From Candidatus Altimarinota bacterium (GTDB lineage: Bacteria; Patescibacteriota; Gracilibacteria; UBA1369; GCA-2718715): a DNA stretch of 64,000 nt. The notes beneath the pieces were generated by a model. It was not told the DNA's origin and searched no databases. It saw only the letters and a program-made list of their open reading frames with translations. Every line of letters starts with the position of its first letter. Position 1 is the first letter of the stretch. Positions 20,542-31,200 of the stretch are shown piece by piece. Both the position numbers and the translations under genes were made by a program. The stretch spans positions 864,001 through 928,000 of the forward strand of contig JBESAV010000001.1 of NCBI GenBank assembly GCA_041242255.1, given 5' to 3'.

Positions 20542-21249
20542 CTAAATAAATTTTCTAATTTCATCCCAAGCCAATCCATAACCTTTCACATTCAAATGCA
20601 ATCCATCCGGCTGCTCTTGACCTTTTAGCTTACTCTCAAGATCAACATACTTAACCCCTTCTCGTTTCGCAATCTTTTTCAACTCTCGATTATAATAAAC
20701 AACATCCTCATTATCTATTCTATGGTAATCAACTTCATACAATGAACAAACAACCGGCTTCCCACCTCTTCTCTTAGCTAACTTAATAGACTTCTCTATA
20801 TTTCCCAATGCTTTATCAGCACCATGCCTACCATCAGGTAAATCATTAAAACCAGACATCAAAACAACAGATTTCCCAAACAAATCTCCTTTATATTTTT
20901 TCAAAAAATCTAAAACCAAAGACGAAGAAGCACCAGATTTCACAAATTTCTCAAAAACGCCACCATACTTTTTACTCGCTACAGAGAAACCTACCCCAAT
21001 AGAGTCTCCAAAAATCAACGTATTTTTCTCTTTAGTATTTTTGATTGATTCAGTCCCCTCTTTCGAAACTTCATTTTTCAAATCATCCAAATCTTTTCTA
21101 GTCTTCAAACCAATAAACTCTCTCAGTCTATTAAATAATTTATCCAATCCCTGCTTTGACTTCTCAGAGTCAAACACTTTTTTCAAAAAACCTTCAAACT
21201 TATCAACCCCAACTTCAACAAATTCTTTAAAATTTTCTTTTAATCCCAT
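20542..21249 (-). CDS. SGNH/GDSL hydrolase with N-terminal helical extension
   Basis: FGDSI, SGAS, GFND and DGLH catalytic blocks. Confidence 0.8.
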   Translation of the reverse strand: MGLKENFKEFVEVGVDKFEGFLKKVFDSEKSKQGLDKLFNRLREFIGLKTRKDLDDLKNEVSKEGTESIKNTKEKNTLIFGDSIGVGFSVASKKYGGVFEKFVKSGASSSLVLDFLKKYKGDLFGKSVVLMSGFNDLPDGRHGADKALGNIEKSIKLAKRRGGKPVVCSLYEVDYHRIDNEDVVYYNRELKKIAKREGVKYVDLESKLKGQEQPDGLHLNVKGYGLAWDEIRKFI

Positions 21250-21273
21250 ACTTTTTCTCAATCATACCACAGC

Positions 21274-21313
21274 AAAAAGGAACCCCCAATCCAGAAAAAC
21301 TGAGAGTCCCTCC
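21274..21313 (-). terminator. Possible terminator after hpf
   Basis: GGGACTCTCAG...TTGGGGGTTCC (GU-rich stem) plus TTTTT. Confidence 0.45.
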
Positions 21314-21327
21314 AAAATCACACAAAA

Positions 21328-21930
21328 TTATTTCCCACTCAAAACACCAACTTCATGCTCAAGCTCTATCACTCCATACCCTCCACTATTTGGCCTTTTA
21401 TATACCATGTTATATCTATCTGTCGCAGCATTCACAAATAAGAAAAACCCATGCCCAATCATTTCCATATTATCTATAGCCTCTGTTTCAGTCATTGGAA
21501 CAAGATTATTGAAAAGCTTACGCTTTGTCACTCTTCCATCTAATCCATCATCCTCACTCAAAGACTCATTTACAATACTCGCATCAACCTCAAGGTCTCT
21601 AACCGAGTTCTTCCTATGCATTCGGATAAACTTAGCCTTAAATCTCTCAATCTGCCTTTGCAGTTTCTCATGCAAGATATCAACTCCTTCCTCAAATTCT
21701 ATCGACTGAGCCTCAGCCATAAAACTAGCTCCTGGCACAGAAAGCAAAGCTCTCAAACGAAATTTCTCATCCTGCTGAAGTGAATCATTGAACACTACTC
21801 TTAGATCGATATTTAACTGCTCTTCAGTTATTTTCTGAGAGTACTTATGGAGCACCTCCAGTTTCTTCTCAGCAAAATTTGCTTGTTTATCATTCAAAGT
21901 AGTTCCCTCAACGTGTAGATTAAACTTCAT
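21328..21930 (-). CDS. hpf: Ribosome hibernation promoting factor (long HPF)
   Basis: N-terminal HPF domain (KLQRQIERFK); C-terminal PMTETEAIDNMEMIGHGFFLFVN..YKRPNSGGYG. Confidence 0.88.
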   Translation of the reverse strand: MKFNLHVEGTTLNDKQANFAEKKLEVLHKYSQKITEEQLNIDLRVVFNDSLQQDEKFRLRALLSVPGASFMAEAQSIEFEEGVDILHEKLQRQIERFKAKFIRMHRKNSVRDLEVDASIVNESLSEDDGLDGRVTKRKLFNNLVPMTETEAIDNMEMIGHGFFLFVNAATDRYNMVYKRPNSGGYGVIELEHEVGVLSGK

Positions 21931-22015
21931 ACATCCTGATTAAATTCTTCATTCACAATGATAAAATCTAACCAAAAAGATAAAAAGTATCTTTATAAAC
22001 TTAAAAATGATAAAA

Positions 22016-24748
22016 TTATCTGCGTCCAAAAATTCTACCTATTATACCTTTTCGAACAGTTTCTCGTTCTTTGTAAGTAGCTTTTGAGAAAAACTTAGGT
22101 TCCCCACCATCATTTTCAACTATATAAGTATTTTTATTATAGGTAACCTCAGCTTTACCTTCAGTCTCTAAAGTAATATACGAAAGATCATCTATCTCAT
22201 CAACTTTCACGCAAGCACCCGGAAATAATTTAATTTTTGAATTTATCAAACTACCAATTTCTATATGATACTCACTCATACAAACTACCTCATTTTCAAT
22301 ACCATATTCATTTTTAAAGGATAATTTAGAATTAGAAAAAATTGGTGTTCTCAACTCAAAGCGTTTAACAGAATCAGTACCTAAATTAGTTATCAATGCT
22401 CTATGTACTTGACCATCAAAATCACCGATAAAACTACGATCAAATTCAATCCAAGTTGTTCTCAAATCTCCGCCAACTTTAAACTCTAAATCTCCACCGT
22501 CAATTTTCAACTTCTCTACGCGCAGTGAACTAAAACTACACTCCATATCATCACTTGCAACATTTACAACAACATCATACAAAGTCTGACAATTATATAT
22601 CCTCATATGACCTGGTTTTTTTGTATTTAAATTAATAGTTGAATTCTTAAAGCTACCAACATCAAACTGAATGGAATCACTAATATTCATAATAGATCCA
22701 GATGAAATCTCATTAGATTTCAAAATCCCACCAGGTGTATTCAAAATAAAATTTTCACCCACAATTGAATTAACAGACTTCGTACTATATTCCCAATCTA
22801 TGGTATTAATTGATCGATCTTCTCTCTGAAGAGCTCCTCCTACATATCCATACTGAGGTACAATTCTTTCTTCAGACGCTTTATTTACAACCTTTTCTCT
22901 CAAAGTCCCAACCTGATCACCTCCATTCCCAATCATTTTTTCTTGCTCTCTCACTTTTTGCTCTTCAATCTTTTGATCTAGTAAATCCTTCCACTTTACC
23001 AACAAATCAATCAAATCTTGTTGAGATTTAATAATACGCATATGATCCATTAGATCATTTAAAATTTCTTTTTTACACTCTAATCTGATAGAACGGTTTA
23101 AAGCATTTAACTTAGAATCTATTTCATTTTGAAGTAATGCAATTCGAGAGTCTCTAGGAAAATTTTCGCTTACACTTTTGCTATAGATTTCATAACTACT
23201 TAAATCTATATTTATCTGATTTGAAGGCTCTTCTTTCTCTGTAGGGGTAGATTCACCTACTACTTCTTGGTGACTTACCTCTTCTGGAATTTTACTAGAT
23301 TCATTTTTCTTTTTCAGGTCCCCATACAATATACGAGCACATACTAGAAGCCTTTCCTCAAGGTATTCGGTAGTTTTTAAATCAGCAACATGCTTTTTTA
23401 AAAAACTTACAACCATATTTTTATTATCCTCTCTCTCACTCTCTGGGAATTCTTGAAGTACACTATCCATCGTTTGCATAACCTCAAATAAAGGAGTCTT
23501 ATCACTAAAATTATCATAAATACTTCTCTTCAAATCATCATAACTACTTAACCCCACAGTATATTTAGCGAGCATCTGATCACGCACCACAATATTTTCA
23601 ATAGTATTATGTAGCTTATCAGATTGCCCCTCATCATTTTTCTCATGCACCCCATCAACAATCACATAACTCTCTTCAGAACCAGATTCATCATTCTCAC
23701 CTACCGCAACAACAGATCCCTCTAGATAAGTAGATTCAAGATTCGGTTCAACTTCCGACTCAAATGAACCATTTACAGATTCTGAAACTTGATCAGAAAC
23801 TTCTTCTAAAGAATCTTCTTGCTCTACAGGAGACAGTTCATCTTCTTCACTAGCTTCATCATATTCACTTTCCACATCAGATTCTTCAACTAGGTTACTT
23901 CCGTTATGAGCATCATCTTGCACCACTCCTTCAGAAACCTCATTCTTCTCGGAAGAAACAACAGTATCTACTTCATCTATACCCTCATCAGTTTCAATAT
24001 TTTCGTCTTCATTAGCTTTCTTGTATTTTGAGACTAAACTCTGCCCCATCAACATTATCTCCTCGGCATCAAAATCCTTAATCATAACCTCCAACTTATG
24101 CTGACTATCACGATCTAATGACTCATAAAGTTGAACAAATTCCTTCAAAACAGCTACTCCTTTTCTTAGAAAAATCAAATGACCAGATTCATGCATAAAT
24201 CTTCCAAAAGAGTGATTTGAAGTCTCAATATTTATTATTTGTGAACCATACTTAATTAAATAAAAAGATATAGCCTCCTCACTTTCAACAACCTCACATA
24301 CTGGCTTGGTATCTTCCTCATCTGCAAAAGAAACACCCTTAAAACTTACCTCATCCACTACAGTATCCCTTCGATCATCATTCAACTCACTGTCTTCTTC
24401 CTCTTCCTCCTCAAGCTCACCAAATAATACCTCCTGAATACTTACCTTCTTTCCAGTTATAATCTCATAAATCTTGATTTCAGCCACAATAGACTTAAGC
24501 GTATCAATAGCAAAACCAGCCTCCATCATATCCAATACAGCCCCAATCAACTCTACATCTTGAGCATCCAATAAATCCTCATTCACTTCCAAAAATTGTC
24601 TCAAACCAAGTACAATACTAACCACCTCACCTTGATTTAACTCAATAGTCTCACCATTGTTTAGATCATCATCAAGAACCAAAGCTTCAATTTCTCGTGA
24701 AACTATCTCACCCACAAAACTTTCAAAAACGTCTCTTCTATTAGACAT
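22016..24748 (-). CDS. Large acidic orphan protein (910 aa)
   Basis: Long ORF; D/E-rich middle, beta-rich C-third, C-terminus RKGIIGRIFGRR; no recognised family. Confidence 0.7.
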   Translation of the reverse strand: MSNRRDVFESFVGEIVSREIEALVLDDDLNNGETIELNQGEVVSIVLGLRQFLEVNEDLLDAQDVELIGAVLDMMEAGFAIDTLKSIVAEIKIYEIITGKKVSIQEVLFGELEEEEEEDSELNDDRRDTVVDEVSFKGVSFADEEDTKPVCEVVESEEAISFYLIKYGSQIINIETSNHSFGRFMHESGHLIFLRKGVAVLKEFVQLYESLDRDSQHKLEVMIKDFDAEEIMLMGQSLVSKYKKANEDENIETDEGIDEVDTVVSSEKNEVSEGVVQDDAHNGSNLVEESDVESEYDEASEEDELSPVEQEDSLEEVSDQVSESVNGSFESEVEPNLESTYLEGSVVAVGENDESGSEESYVIVDGVHEKNDEGQSDKLHNTIENIVVRDQMLAKYTVGLSSYDDLKRSIYDNFSDKTPLFEVMQTMDSVLQEFPESEREDNKNMVVSFLKKHVADLKTTEYLEERLLVCARILYGDLKKKNESSKIPEEVSHQEVVGESTPTEKEEPSNQINIDLSSYEIYSKSVSENFPRDSRIALLQNEIDSKLNALNRSIRLECKKEILNDLMDHMRIIKSQQDLIDLLVKWKDLLDQKIEEQKVREQEKMIGNGGDQVGTLREKVVNKASEERIVPQYGYVGGALQREDRSINTIDWEYSTKSVNSIVGENFILNTPGGILKSNEISSGSIMNISDSIQFDVGSFKNSTINLNTKKPGHMRIYNCQTLYDVVVNVASDDMECSFSSLRVEKLKIDGGDLEFKVGGDLRTTWIEFDRSFIGDFDGQVHRALITNLGTDSVKRFELRTPIFSNSKLSFKNEYGIENEVVCMSEYHIEIGSLINSKIKLFPGACVKVDEIDDLSYITLETEGKAEVTYNKNTYIVENDGGEPKFFSKATYKERETVRKGIIGRIFGRR

Positions 24749-24774
24749 AACAAATACTATAAATTATTAGCAGA

Positions 24775-24803
24775 AACTTAACGCTAACAACAACTTATGT
24801 CAA
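24775..24803 (-). promoter_or_regulatory. sigma70 promoter abutting the asnS stop
   Basis: TTGACA-17 nt-TAAGTT. Confidence 0.6.
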
Positions 24804-24804
24804 G

Positions 24805-26103
24805 CTATGGCCTAACCCTGTTCACCATTCTTGGGAAAGGAATACACTCACGAATATGTTTCACTCCAGAAATCCATCGCACCATTCTCTCCAAACCAAA
24901 TCCAAATCCAGAATGAGGAACCGAACCATATTTACGAGCATCCAAGTACCAATCAAAATCTTCCAAGTTCAATCCTTCCTCTTTTATCTTCTCTCTTAAA
25001 GCTTCATAATCCACAGCTCTCTCAGAACCACCAGCTATCTCCCCTCCTCCTTCAGTAGCAATCAAATCACTATTCAAAGCCAACTCAGGATTTTCTGGGT
25101 CAATTTTCATGTAGAAAGGCTTTATCTCTTTTGGCCATTTATGAATAAACACTGGTACATCACTATTTTTAGTCAAAAGACCTTCATCATCATTCCCAAG
25201 ATCCTCTCCATGTTTAATGTCTGAACCATTCTCATGCAGAACCTTAATAGCTTCAGTGTAAGTCAGCCTCTCAAAAGGCTTCTCTACAATTTTCTTCAAA
25301 GGGTCAACATCTCTTTCTAAAATCTCAAACTCTTTCTCACAATGCTTTAAACATTCAGCTACGACATACTTCACAAGCCCTTCTTGGATATCCATATTCT
25401 CATCATGCTCCACAAAGGCAGCCTCCGCGTCCATCATCCAAAACTCAGTCAAATGCCTTCTTGTCACACTCTTCTCAGCTCTAAACACCGGCCCAAAGTC
25501 ATAACATCTACCCACCGAAGCAATCATTGCCTCTAAATACAATTGACCTGACTGAGAAAGATAAGCTTCTCCTTGATCAAAGTAATCAACTGCAAAAAGA
25601 TCAGTTGTACCTTCACACGCATTTGGAGTAAAAATTGGTGAATCAGTTTTTATGAACCCTTCATTATGTAGGTACTCATGCATAGCCATCATAATTCTAT
25701 CTCTCAATCTCAAAACAGCCCACTGCGACTGAGAACGAACCCACAAATGCCTCTGACTTAAAAGAAAATCAGGACCATGCTCTTTCTTACCAATCGGAAA
25801 CTCATCCGACTCCCCCACTATCTCCATATCTCTAACTTGAAGCTCAAATACTCCAGGCTTTTTCGGATGCTCCGACACCTCACCACTCACAGTCAAAGAA
25901 CACTCTAGAGAAATCCCTTCTGACTTATCCCAAACTTCTACTTCCACCTCATCTTGCACTAGCACAGCCTGCACAAAACCAGAACCATCCCTTAATTGTA
26001 AAAACTTCAAACTCCCAGAAGATCGATAATTATATAGCCATCCTCTAACAGTTACTTTTTCTCCTACATTACTCTTTAGTTCAGAAATTCTTACAACTTT
26101 CAT
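24805..26103 (-). CDS. asnS: Asparagine--tRNA ligase
   Basis: FLQLRDGSG, YLSQSGQLYLE, FRAEKS.TRRHLTEFWM, YGSVPHSGFGFGLER. Confidence 0.95.
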   Translation of the reverse strand: MKVVRISELKSNVGEKVTVRGWLYNYRSSGSLKFLQLRDGSGFVQAVLVQDEVEVEVWDKSEGISLECSLTVSGEVSEHPKKPGVFELQVRDMEIVGESDEFPIGKKEHGPDFLLSQRHLWVRSQSQWAVLRLRDRIMMAMHEYLHNEGFIKTDSPIFTPNACEGTTDLFAVDYFDQGEAYLSQSGQLYLEAMIASVGRCYDFGPVFRAEKSVTRRHLTEFWMMDAEAAFVEHDENMDIQEGLVKYVVAECLKHCEKEFEILERDVDPLKKIVEKPFERLTYTEAIKVLHENGSDIKHGEDLGNDDEGLLTKNSDVPVFIHKWPKEIKPFYMKIDPENPELALNSDLIATEGGGEIAGGSERAVDYEALREKIKEEGLNLEDFDWYLDARKYGSVPHSGFGFGLERMVRWISGVKHIRECIPFPRMVNRVRP

Positions 26104-26164
26104 TTCCCAAAATTAATTTTACTAGAAACAAGCTACCAAAACTCTAATCACTAGTAAACATCAG

Positions 26165-26782
26165 CTATTCAACCAAACTCAAATCTCCAACATCCTCAAT
26201 CAAACTTAACCCACCCCGTAAATTTTTTCTTTTATATATATCAACTATAGAATGTTCCTCAAAATCATAATAAACAACACTTTCCAAACTTGTTACATTT
26301 ACAAAAGCACGATCTACAAACTTCTGAAAGTAGCTAGCTCCTATATTACAAAATTCACCACCAAAAATATTTATATCCTGCTCACACACACTCCAACTAA
26401 AATCACAATTATGCCCCTCCCTTCCACAAACTATCATCTTCAAATTTTCAAAATCACCTAAAGCCTCATGTAACCCATCATAATTAAAACTCTTTTCTAA
26501 ATCATGCCTATTTGGCAAAAATAATCTCTCCACCAAGCTAACATCTAACATCTTTAAAACTGCAACTAAGTAATGCTGATACAAACCATACAACCACAAT
26601 TCCTTCAATGGAGCTTCTAGTTTTCTTCTGCCATAATACTTCCCAGCAAACTCCTCCAAAAAAGTTGGCCTCAAAGTAAGGTTAAACGCTAACCTCAAAT
26701 CTTCAACATCCTCATCGATACTAGAAATATTTTTTCCAAATTCAGCCACTGACTTTAAATCCTCCAAACAAAATCTTTTCAT
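26165..26782 (-). CDS. Orphan protein with weak LRR-like spacing; probably frameshifted, true start 26849
   Basis: 205-aa ORF; LxxLxxL segments (VERLFLP, ENLKMIVC, TSLESVVY). Confidence 0.55.
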   Translation of the reverse strand: MKRFCLEDLKSVAEFGKNISSIDEDVEDLRLAFNLTLRPTFLEEFAGKYYGRRKLEAPLKELWLYGLYQHYLVAVLKMLDVSLVERLFLPNRHDLEKSFNYDGLHEALGDFENLKMIVCGREGHNCDFSWSVCEQDINIFGGEFCNIGASYFQKFVDRAFVNVTSLESVVYYDFEEHSIVDIYKRKNLRGGLSLIEDVGDLSLVE

Positions 26783-26783
26783 A

Positions 26784-26849
26784 CTATCTCTTCTTCCTTC
26801 TTCTTCTTTTTTTCAAACCACCTTGTTTCAAAACAGAATTACTTTTCAT
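26784..26849 (-). other. 21-codon upstream ORF MKSNSVLKQGGLKKRRRRKKR, or frameshifted 5' end of the next gene
   Basis: ATG 22 nt below the -10 box; A7 run at 26807-26813; TAG-T-ATG junction with the downstream ORF. Confidence 0.55.
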
Positions 26850-26870
26850 ATTCAATAATTACAAGGAGAC

Positions 26871-26899
26871 AAACTAGTTTTAAACGATCCACATGTCAA
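26871..26899 (-). promoter_or_regulatory. sigma70 promoter abutting the sanA-like stop
   Basis: TTGACA-17 nt-TAGTTT. Confidence 0.6.
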
Positions 26900-26900
26900 A

Positions 26901-27533
26901 CTACACCTCAATCTCATCACCAAGAAACTTAGGCTCAGTATCATTTATAAACAAGTCCCATACCAAATAAACTCTAGCAAAAACCTCCCGCACAAAAACC
27001 CGAGGAGCCATCTCAAAACCAGGTGAATCAGCATTATATCCATATGCATCAATACCAATATTCCGAGCTATAAAAATAGCTCTTTCTGTATGAAATTTCT
27101 GCGAAACCACAATCATCTCTTCAACCCCAAAAACCTCAGCCGCCCTCACTACGGAGTCCAAAGTTCGAAACCCTGCATAATCCAAAACCAAATCCTCTTC
27201 AGGTATACCAGCTTCTATAAAAGCTTCCTTCATCATTTCTGGCTCGTTATACTCTAAGGTAGAATTATCTCCACTCAGCAAAAGCTTTTCAACTTTTCCA
27301 TTCTCATAAAGCTCAACTCCAGCATCAATCCTTCTCAAAAAGAAGATATTTGGACGACCATCGCTAACTCTATTACTCGTACCAAGCACTAAACCAACTC
27401 TAACCTCAGGCAGATCATCGATACTATCATATACATCATTTTCAGCATATTTCGACACATACCAATTCACTCCAAGCAAAAAAAGCGATATCAAAATAAT
27501 TACCACTCCAAATCTATAAAACCATTTAAACAT
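26901..27533 (-). CDS. sanA: SanA/YdcF (DUF218) family protein
   Basis: GLVLGTS, LLLSGDN...YNEP, LDYAGFRTLDSV, VSQKFH. Confidence 0.85.
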   Translation of the reverse strand: MFKWFYRFGVVIILISLFLLGVNWYVSKYAENDVYDSIDDLPEVRVGLVLGTSNRVSDGRPNIFFLRRIDAGVELYENGKVEKLLLSGDNSTLEYNEPEMMKEAFIEAGIPEEDLVLDYAGFRTLDSVVRAAEVFGVEEMIVVSQKFHTERAIFIARNIGIDAYGYNADSPGFEMAPRVFVREVFARVYLVWDLFINDTEPKFLGDEIEV

Positions 27534-28200
27534 TCTTTTGAATAACTTCTAAAAAGTCACTTACCACTTTACCAGGTTCTTCAGATTTTACTATCCCTGA
27601 AGCAACCAAAACCCCATACGCACCTAACTCTAGACATACCCTTACATCCTCTGCAGTCTTAATACCCGCCCCAACCATAACCGGACACTCAATCTCCCTC
27701 ACAATCTTTTCGATCAAATCAGGACTTGCTGTAGCAACAGAAACATCCCCTCCGATTAACTCAGGTGGCTCATAGGCTATGATGTCTGGCTTCATATCAG
27801 CTACAACTCTAGCCTCTTCCAAACTCTCCACGCACACAATCGATATAATTCCCATCTCCCTAAAAGACTCAATCTCTTTCACAATAGTATACAAACCAAC
27901 TCGATCCTCAGAATGATTTATCAAACTTCCAGCAACTCCCATCTCAACTAAATACTCTGGGTTGACCTTTCCGGTATACGAACCATACCCAATCGGATCC
28001 ACATGCTGAGCATAAACAGAAACTCCCTTAGCCTCTCTCAAAGCATCTTTCATATCCAAAACATTCACACACAGCCCTACTTCTAAACCTAAACCATCAT
28101 TTTTTTCAGAAATAATCCTCATCAAATCAATCCCAGCTTGCCCAGAGGCCTGACTATAATTTTTAAAATTAACCACCAATCTAGGCAAAGCTCTGTCCAT
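27526..28200 (-). CDS. tpiA: Triosephosphate isomerase, short archaeal type
   Basis: 224 aa; VNFKNY, AQHVD, LINHSE, AYEPPELIG, GAGI, GVLVASG. Confidence 0.9.
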   Translation of the reverse strand: MDRALPRLVVNFKNYSQASGQAGIDLMRIISEKNDGLGLEVGLCVNVLDMKDALREAKGVSVYAQHVDPIGYGSYTGKVNPEYLVEMGVAGSLINHSEDRVGLYTIVKEIESFREMGIISIVCVESLEEARVVADMKPDIIAYEPPELIGGDVSVATASPDLIEKIVREIECPVMVGAGIKTAEDVRVCLELGAYGVLVASGIVKSEEPGKVVSDFLEVIQKNV

Positions 28201-28202
28201 GT

Positions 28203-28231
28203 TTGTCTCTTAATTATTTTCATGTTATAAT
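28203..28231 (+). promoter_or_regulatory. Strong-looking promoter of the giant-protein locus
   Basis: TTGTCT-17 nt-(TG)TATAAT, which implies a start at ATG 28260 rather than TTG 28203. Confidence 0.6.
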
Positions 28232-28259
28232 ATTAAGATTTCAAAGTAAACAAGTCACC

Positions 28260-31200
28260 ATGTATAAATTTATAAACAAACAAACCAAGCTCTTATTAGG
28301 GCAAAAACTTCTATTTAAAAGAAGTGGTCCTTCCGCGGAACCTACTGGAGGTCTAGAAAAAAAAGACGCTCCAGAATCCAAAGAAGCAGTTGTCAAATTA
28401 ACTCAAGAACATCTTGACGCACTAGACAATAAGATCAAACAGTCACACATCAAATTCTCCCAAAAAGAGAGTATTGACTACGACAAAAATGTATTTCGAG
28501 GAAAAACAACCGTTGAGGTTAATAAAAATCAAGAAAACCTTCGAGATGGTTCAAAATTCCAAGTTGAATCAAGAGTTAGAAAAGGTGATAAATTAATACT
28601 CACTGGTGACTACAAAGTACTAGAGTTCACTAATGGAGCAGAAAGAGTTTACTGGGAAGTTAAAGATAGAGCCGGAAACGACTTGTATATATTAGGAGAA
28701 TCAATCACGCCAATTAAAACTATCGATCAAAATAAAGCCACTCCTGAACAAATGAAAAGCGATGGTTTATCAGAAGAGCAAATAAAATTCTTGCAAAAAA
28801 CAAAACAAGAAAAAGAAACCGAACCACAATTCGAACACGTTGACGATATTACAAAAAAAGAACAACCAGAAACTAAAACAGAAAAACAACCCGAAAAAGC
28901 TCCAGAATCTCCAGCTAGAAGATTTGATAGACTTTCAAGCGGGTTAACTTCGTACAAATCTACAAGACTTGAAAACTCAAATCTACAAAACCCTGATTAC
29001 CTTAAAAATCTCCTAAAAAACGACCAATTATCTGATCTTCAAAGATCAAAACTAGAAAACAGCATGAACACACTGGGACTAACCTTCCAAGACATTTCAT
29101 CTATTCTTAAAGATAAATCTAACACCCTACCATTAGGAGAGCTTATTGCAGTAACTCCTGACCAAAGTGAATCAGAATTCGCAGAGCTCAAAAAAGAATT
29201 TGGACTAACTAAACAAGGTAGAAAATTCCAAAAAGAAATAGACGAACTAACTAATTCGAAAGACCCTAATGCAAAATCAGCTTTAGTTGCTAAAGAAAGA
29301 GAAAGAGAAGCAGCCAAAACTCAATACGCAACCGAAGGCTACAAAGAATTCATGGACTACTACAGAAAAAGTCCAGCCTCTAAAAGCATTTTGGTAGGTT
29401 ACATGAAAAAAACGCAAGAACTAGCTAAAAACCCAGACAAACAAGCTGAGTTCGAACTAAGATACAACAAACTACAAAGTATCCTAGAACTAGCCACAAC
29501 CCTGCAAAACCTTAACGTAAGAGAAGCCAAAGTACTCAACACTGATAGCTTCGAAAATATTAATGTTCTTGGAGACGCAACTGCAAAAATCTCTGAATAC
29601 GCAGATATAAACTATGACAGACTAGGACTTGATAAAAACAGGCTAAAAATTGCCAAAGATGTTTTAGATCAGTCAGTTTTTGGTTCAGACGAAAAAAATC
29701 TACAACTTCTTGCCACAATCATGATGGCTACCAACAAAGATTTAGATCAACTCAGAGCAGAAAGAATTATCACCAAACAAGGTAATACAATTACTCTAAA
29801 TCCTGACACACTAGATGCAAGAGACTTGGATAAATTAGTTATCGGACTAGCTTATTCTGAATCACAATCATCGAGCGTCTTTAAGAATCTGTTCGACAAG
29901 GACAACTTAACTGAAAGCTTATCAGCTCTTCAAGAAAGCAATGTCTTTAGTACAGCCAGACAAAAGATGTACGAACACGAAATACGAGAGCACTCATTCG
30001 ACGATCTATCGAAAACTTCTTACCTACATCTAAACCACATCTTCGACAAAAACCACAGCGGAAACACAATTTCTGAAAAAGGTAGAGTCTACAGAAGAAC
30101 TCTAGAAGATAATCTTGGGCAAGCCGAAGTAGGATACGACAGCACATCAATCATTAAACGTTACAGCTCAGAATTAAGTAAATACCAAGATCTACTACTT
30201 GATGTAGAAGAAAACGGAATAGTTAATCCTCAAAAACTTGTAAACAAATTCAACAACCTCATCAAACTCGGTGCACTTGGAGTGCAATTCAATGAAGAGT
30301 TGCCAGCAAAAATGAGAAATTCACTAAAAGAGCAAGGAATGAACGCTAGACCTCTAACAGTAGAAGATCTACGTAAACCACTAAGTACTCAAGCCGTTAA
30401 TCTCATAAGATACGGTGTCGTATACGAAGAACTTAGAAATGACTTCCTTAAAAGCTCAGATAGATCTCCAAATAGACTACTTGAAAGAGCAGGATTCTCT
30501 GAAACTGACCCACAAGCAACTTACTCAGCTCTTGCTACCGCCCTTCAATACATTGAAAACGGTAATGTAGCAGTAGGTGGAGATACTGACAGTATTGATC
30601 TTCCAAACGGATTCAAACTAAAAGGAGCCGGAGCAGTTGGAGTATACTTAATCGAAGATCCAAAAGTTACAACTGGAGCCAGCCTAACAATCAAGAAAGA
30701 TTTAGATAAAAAGAACACTTTCTATGTTTCAACTGGAGCAGGATTTGGCGTTGGACCAGACACACTTACAGGTGGAATTAACGCTGAAGTTGGACTAAGC
30801 TCTAAGACCAGTGAGACCATGACTGCAGAACTAGCAGCCGGTGGTGGACTTACTCTTGCTGGTGTAAATGTATATGTAAGAGGAGGATTGAAAGAAAACA
30901 GAATCCTAAAAGACAAAAACGAAAGAATGGCCTCTGGTCTTGAAAATGTATCAGAAAGAAAACTATCAAAAGAAGAAATTACATACCTAAAAGGTATCGC
31001 AGCTAAACCAAGCTTATCTCCAGAAGATATTGCAAACGCTGCCAAATTCTTCCCAGGACTTGAAGAAACTTTAAGACTAGACCCAGCTCTACAAAAAGTC
31101 TCTCAAGCTGAACTTGAAAACTTCAAATCAAATTACATTCAGACCATCCTTAGGCAGTTAAACAACATGACAACCGAACAAGCCCAAGGTGTAAACTGGA

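Noticed and set aside
21041-21709. 222-aa plus-strand ORF
   Set aside because: Antisense shadow of hpf and the SGNH gene; Ser/Phe/Leu-rich with no motifs.
28203-28259. TTG start of the giant ORF at 28203
   Set aside because: This segment matches a -35/-10 promoter, so ATG 28260 is the better start.
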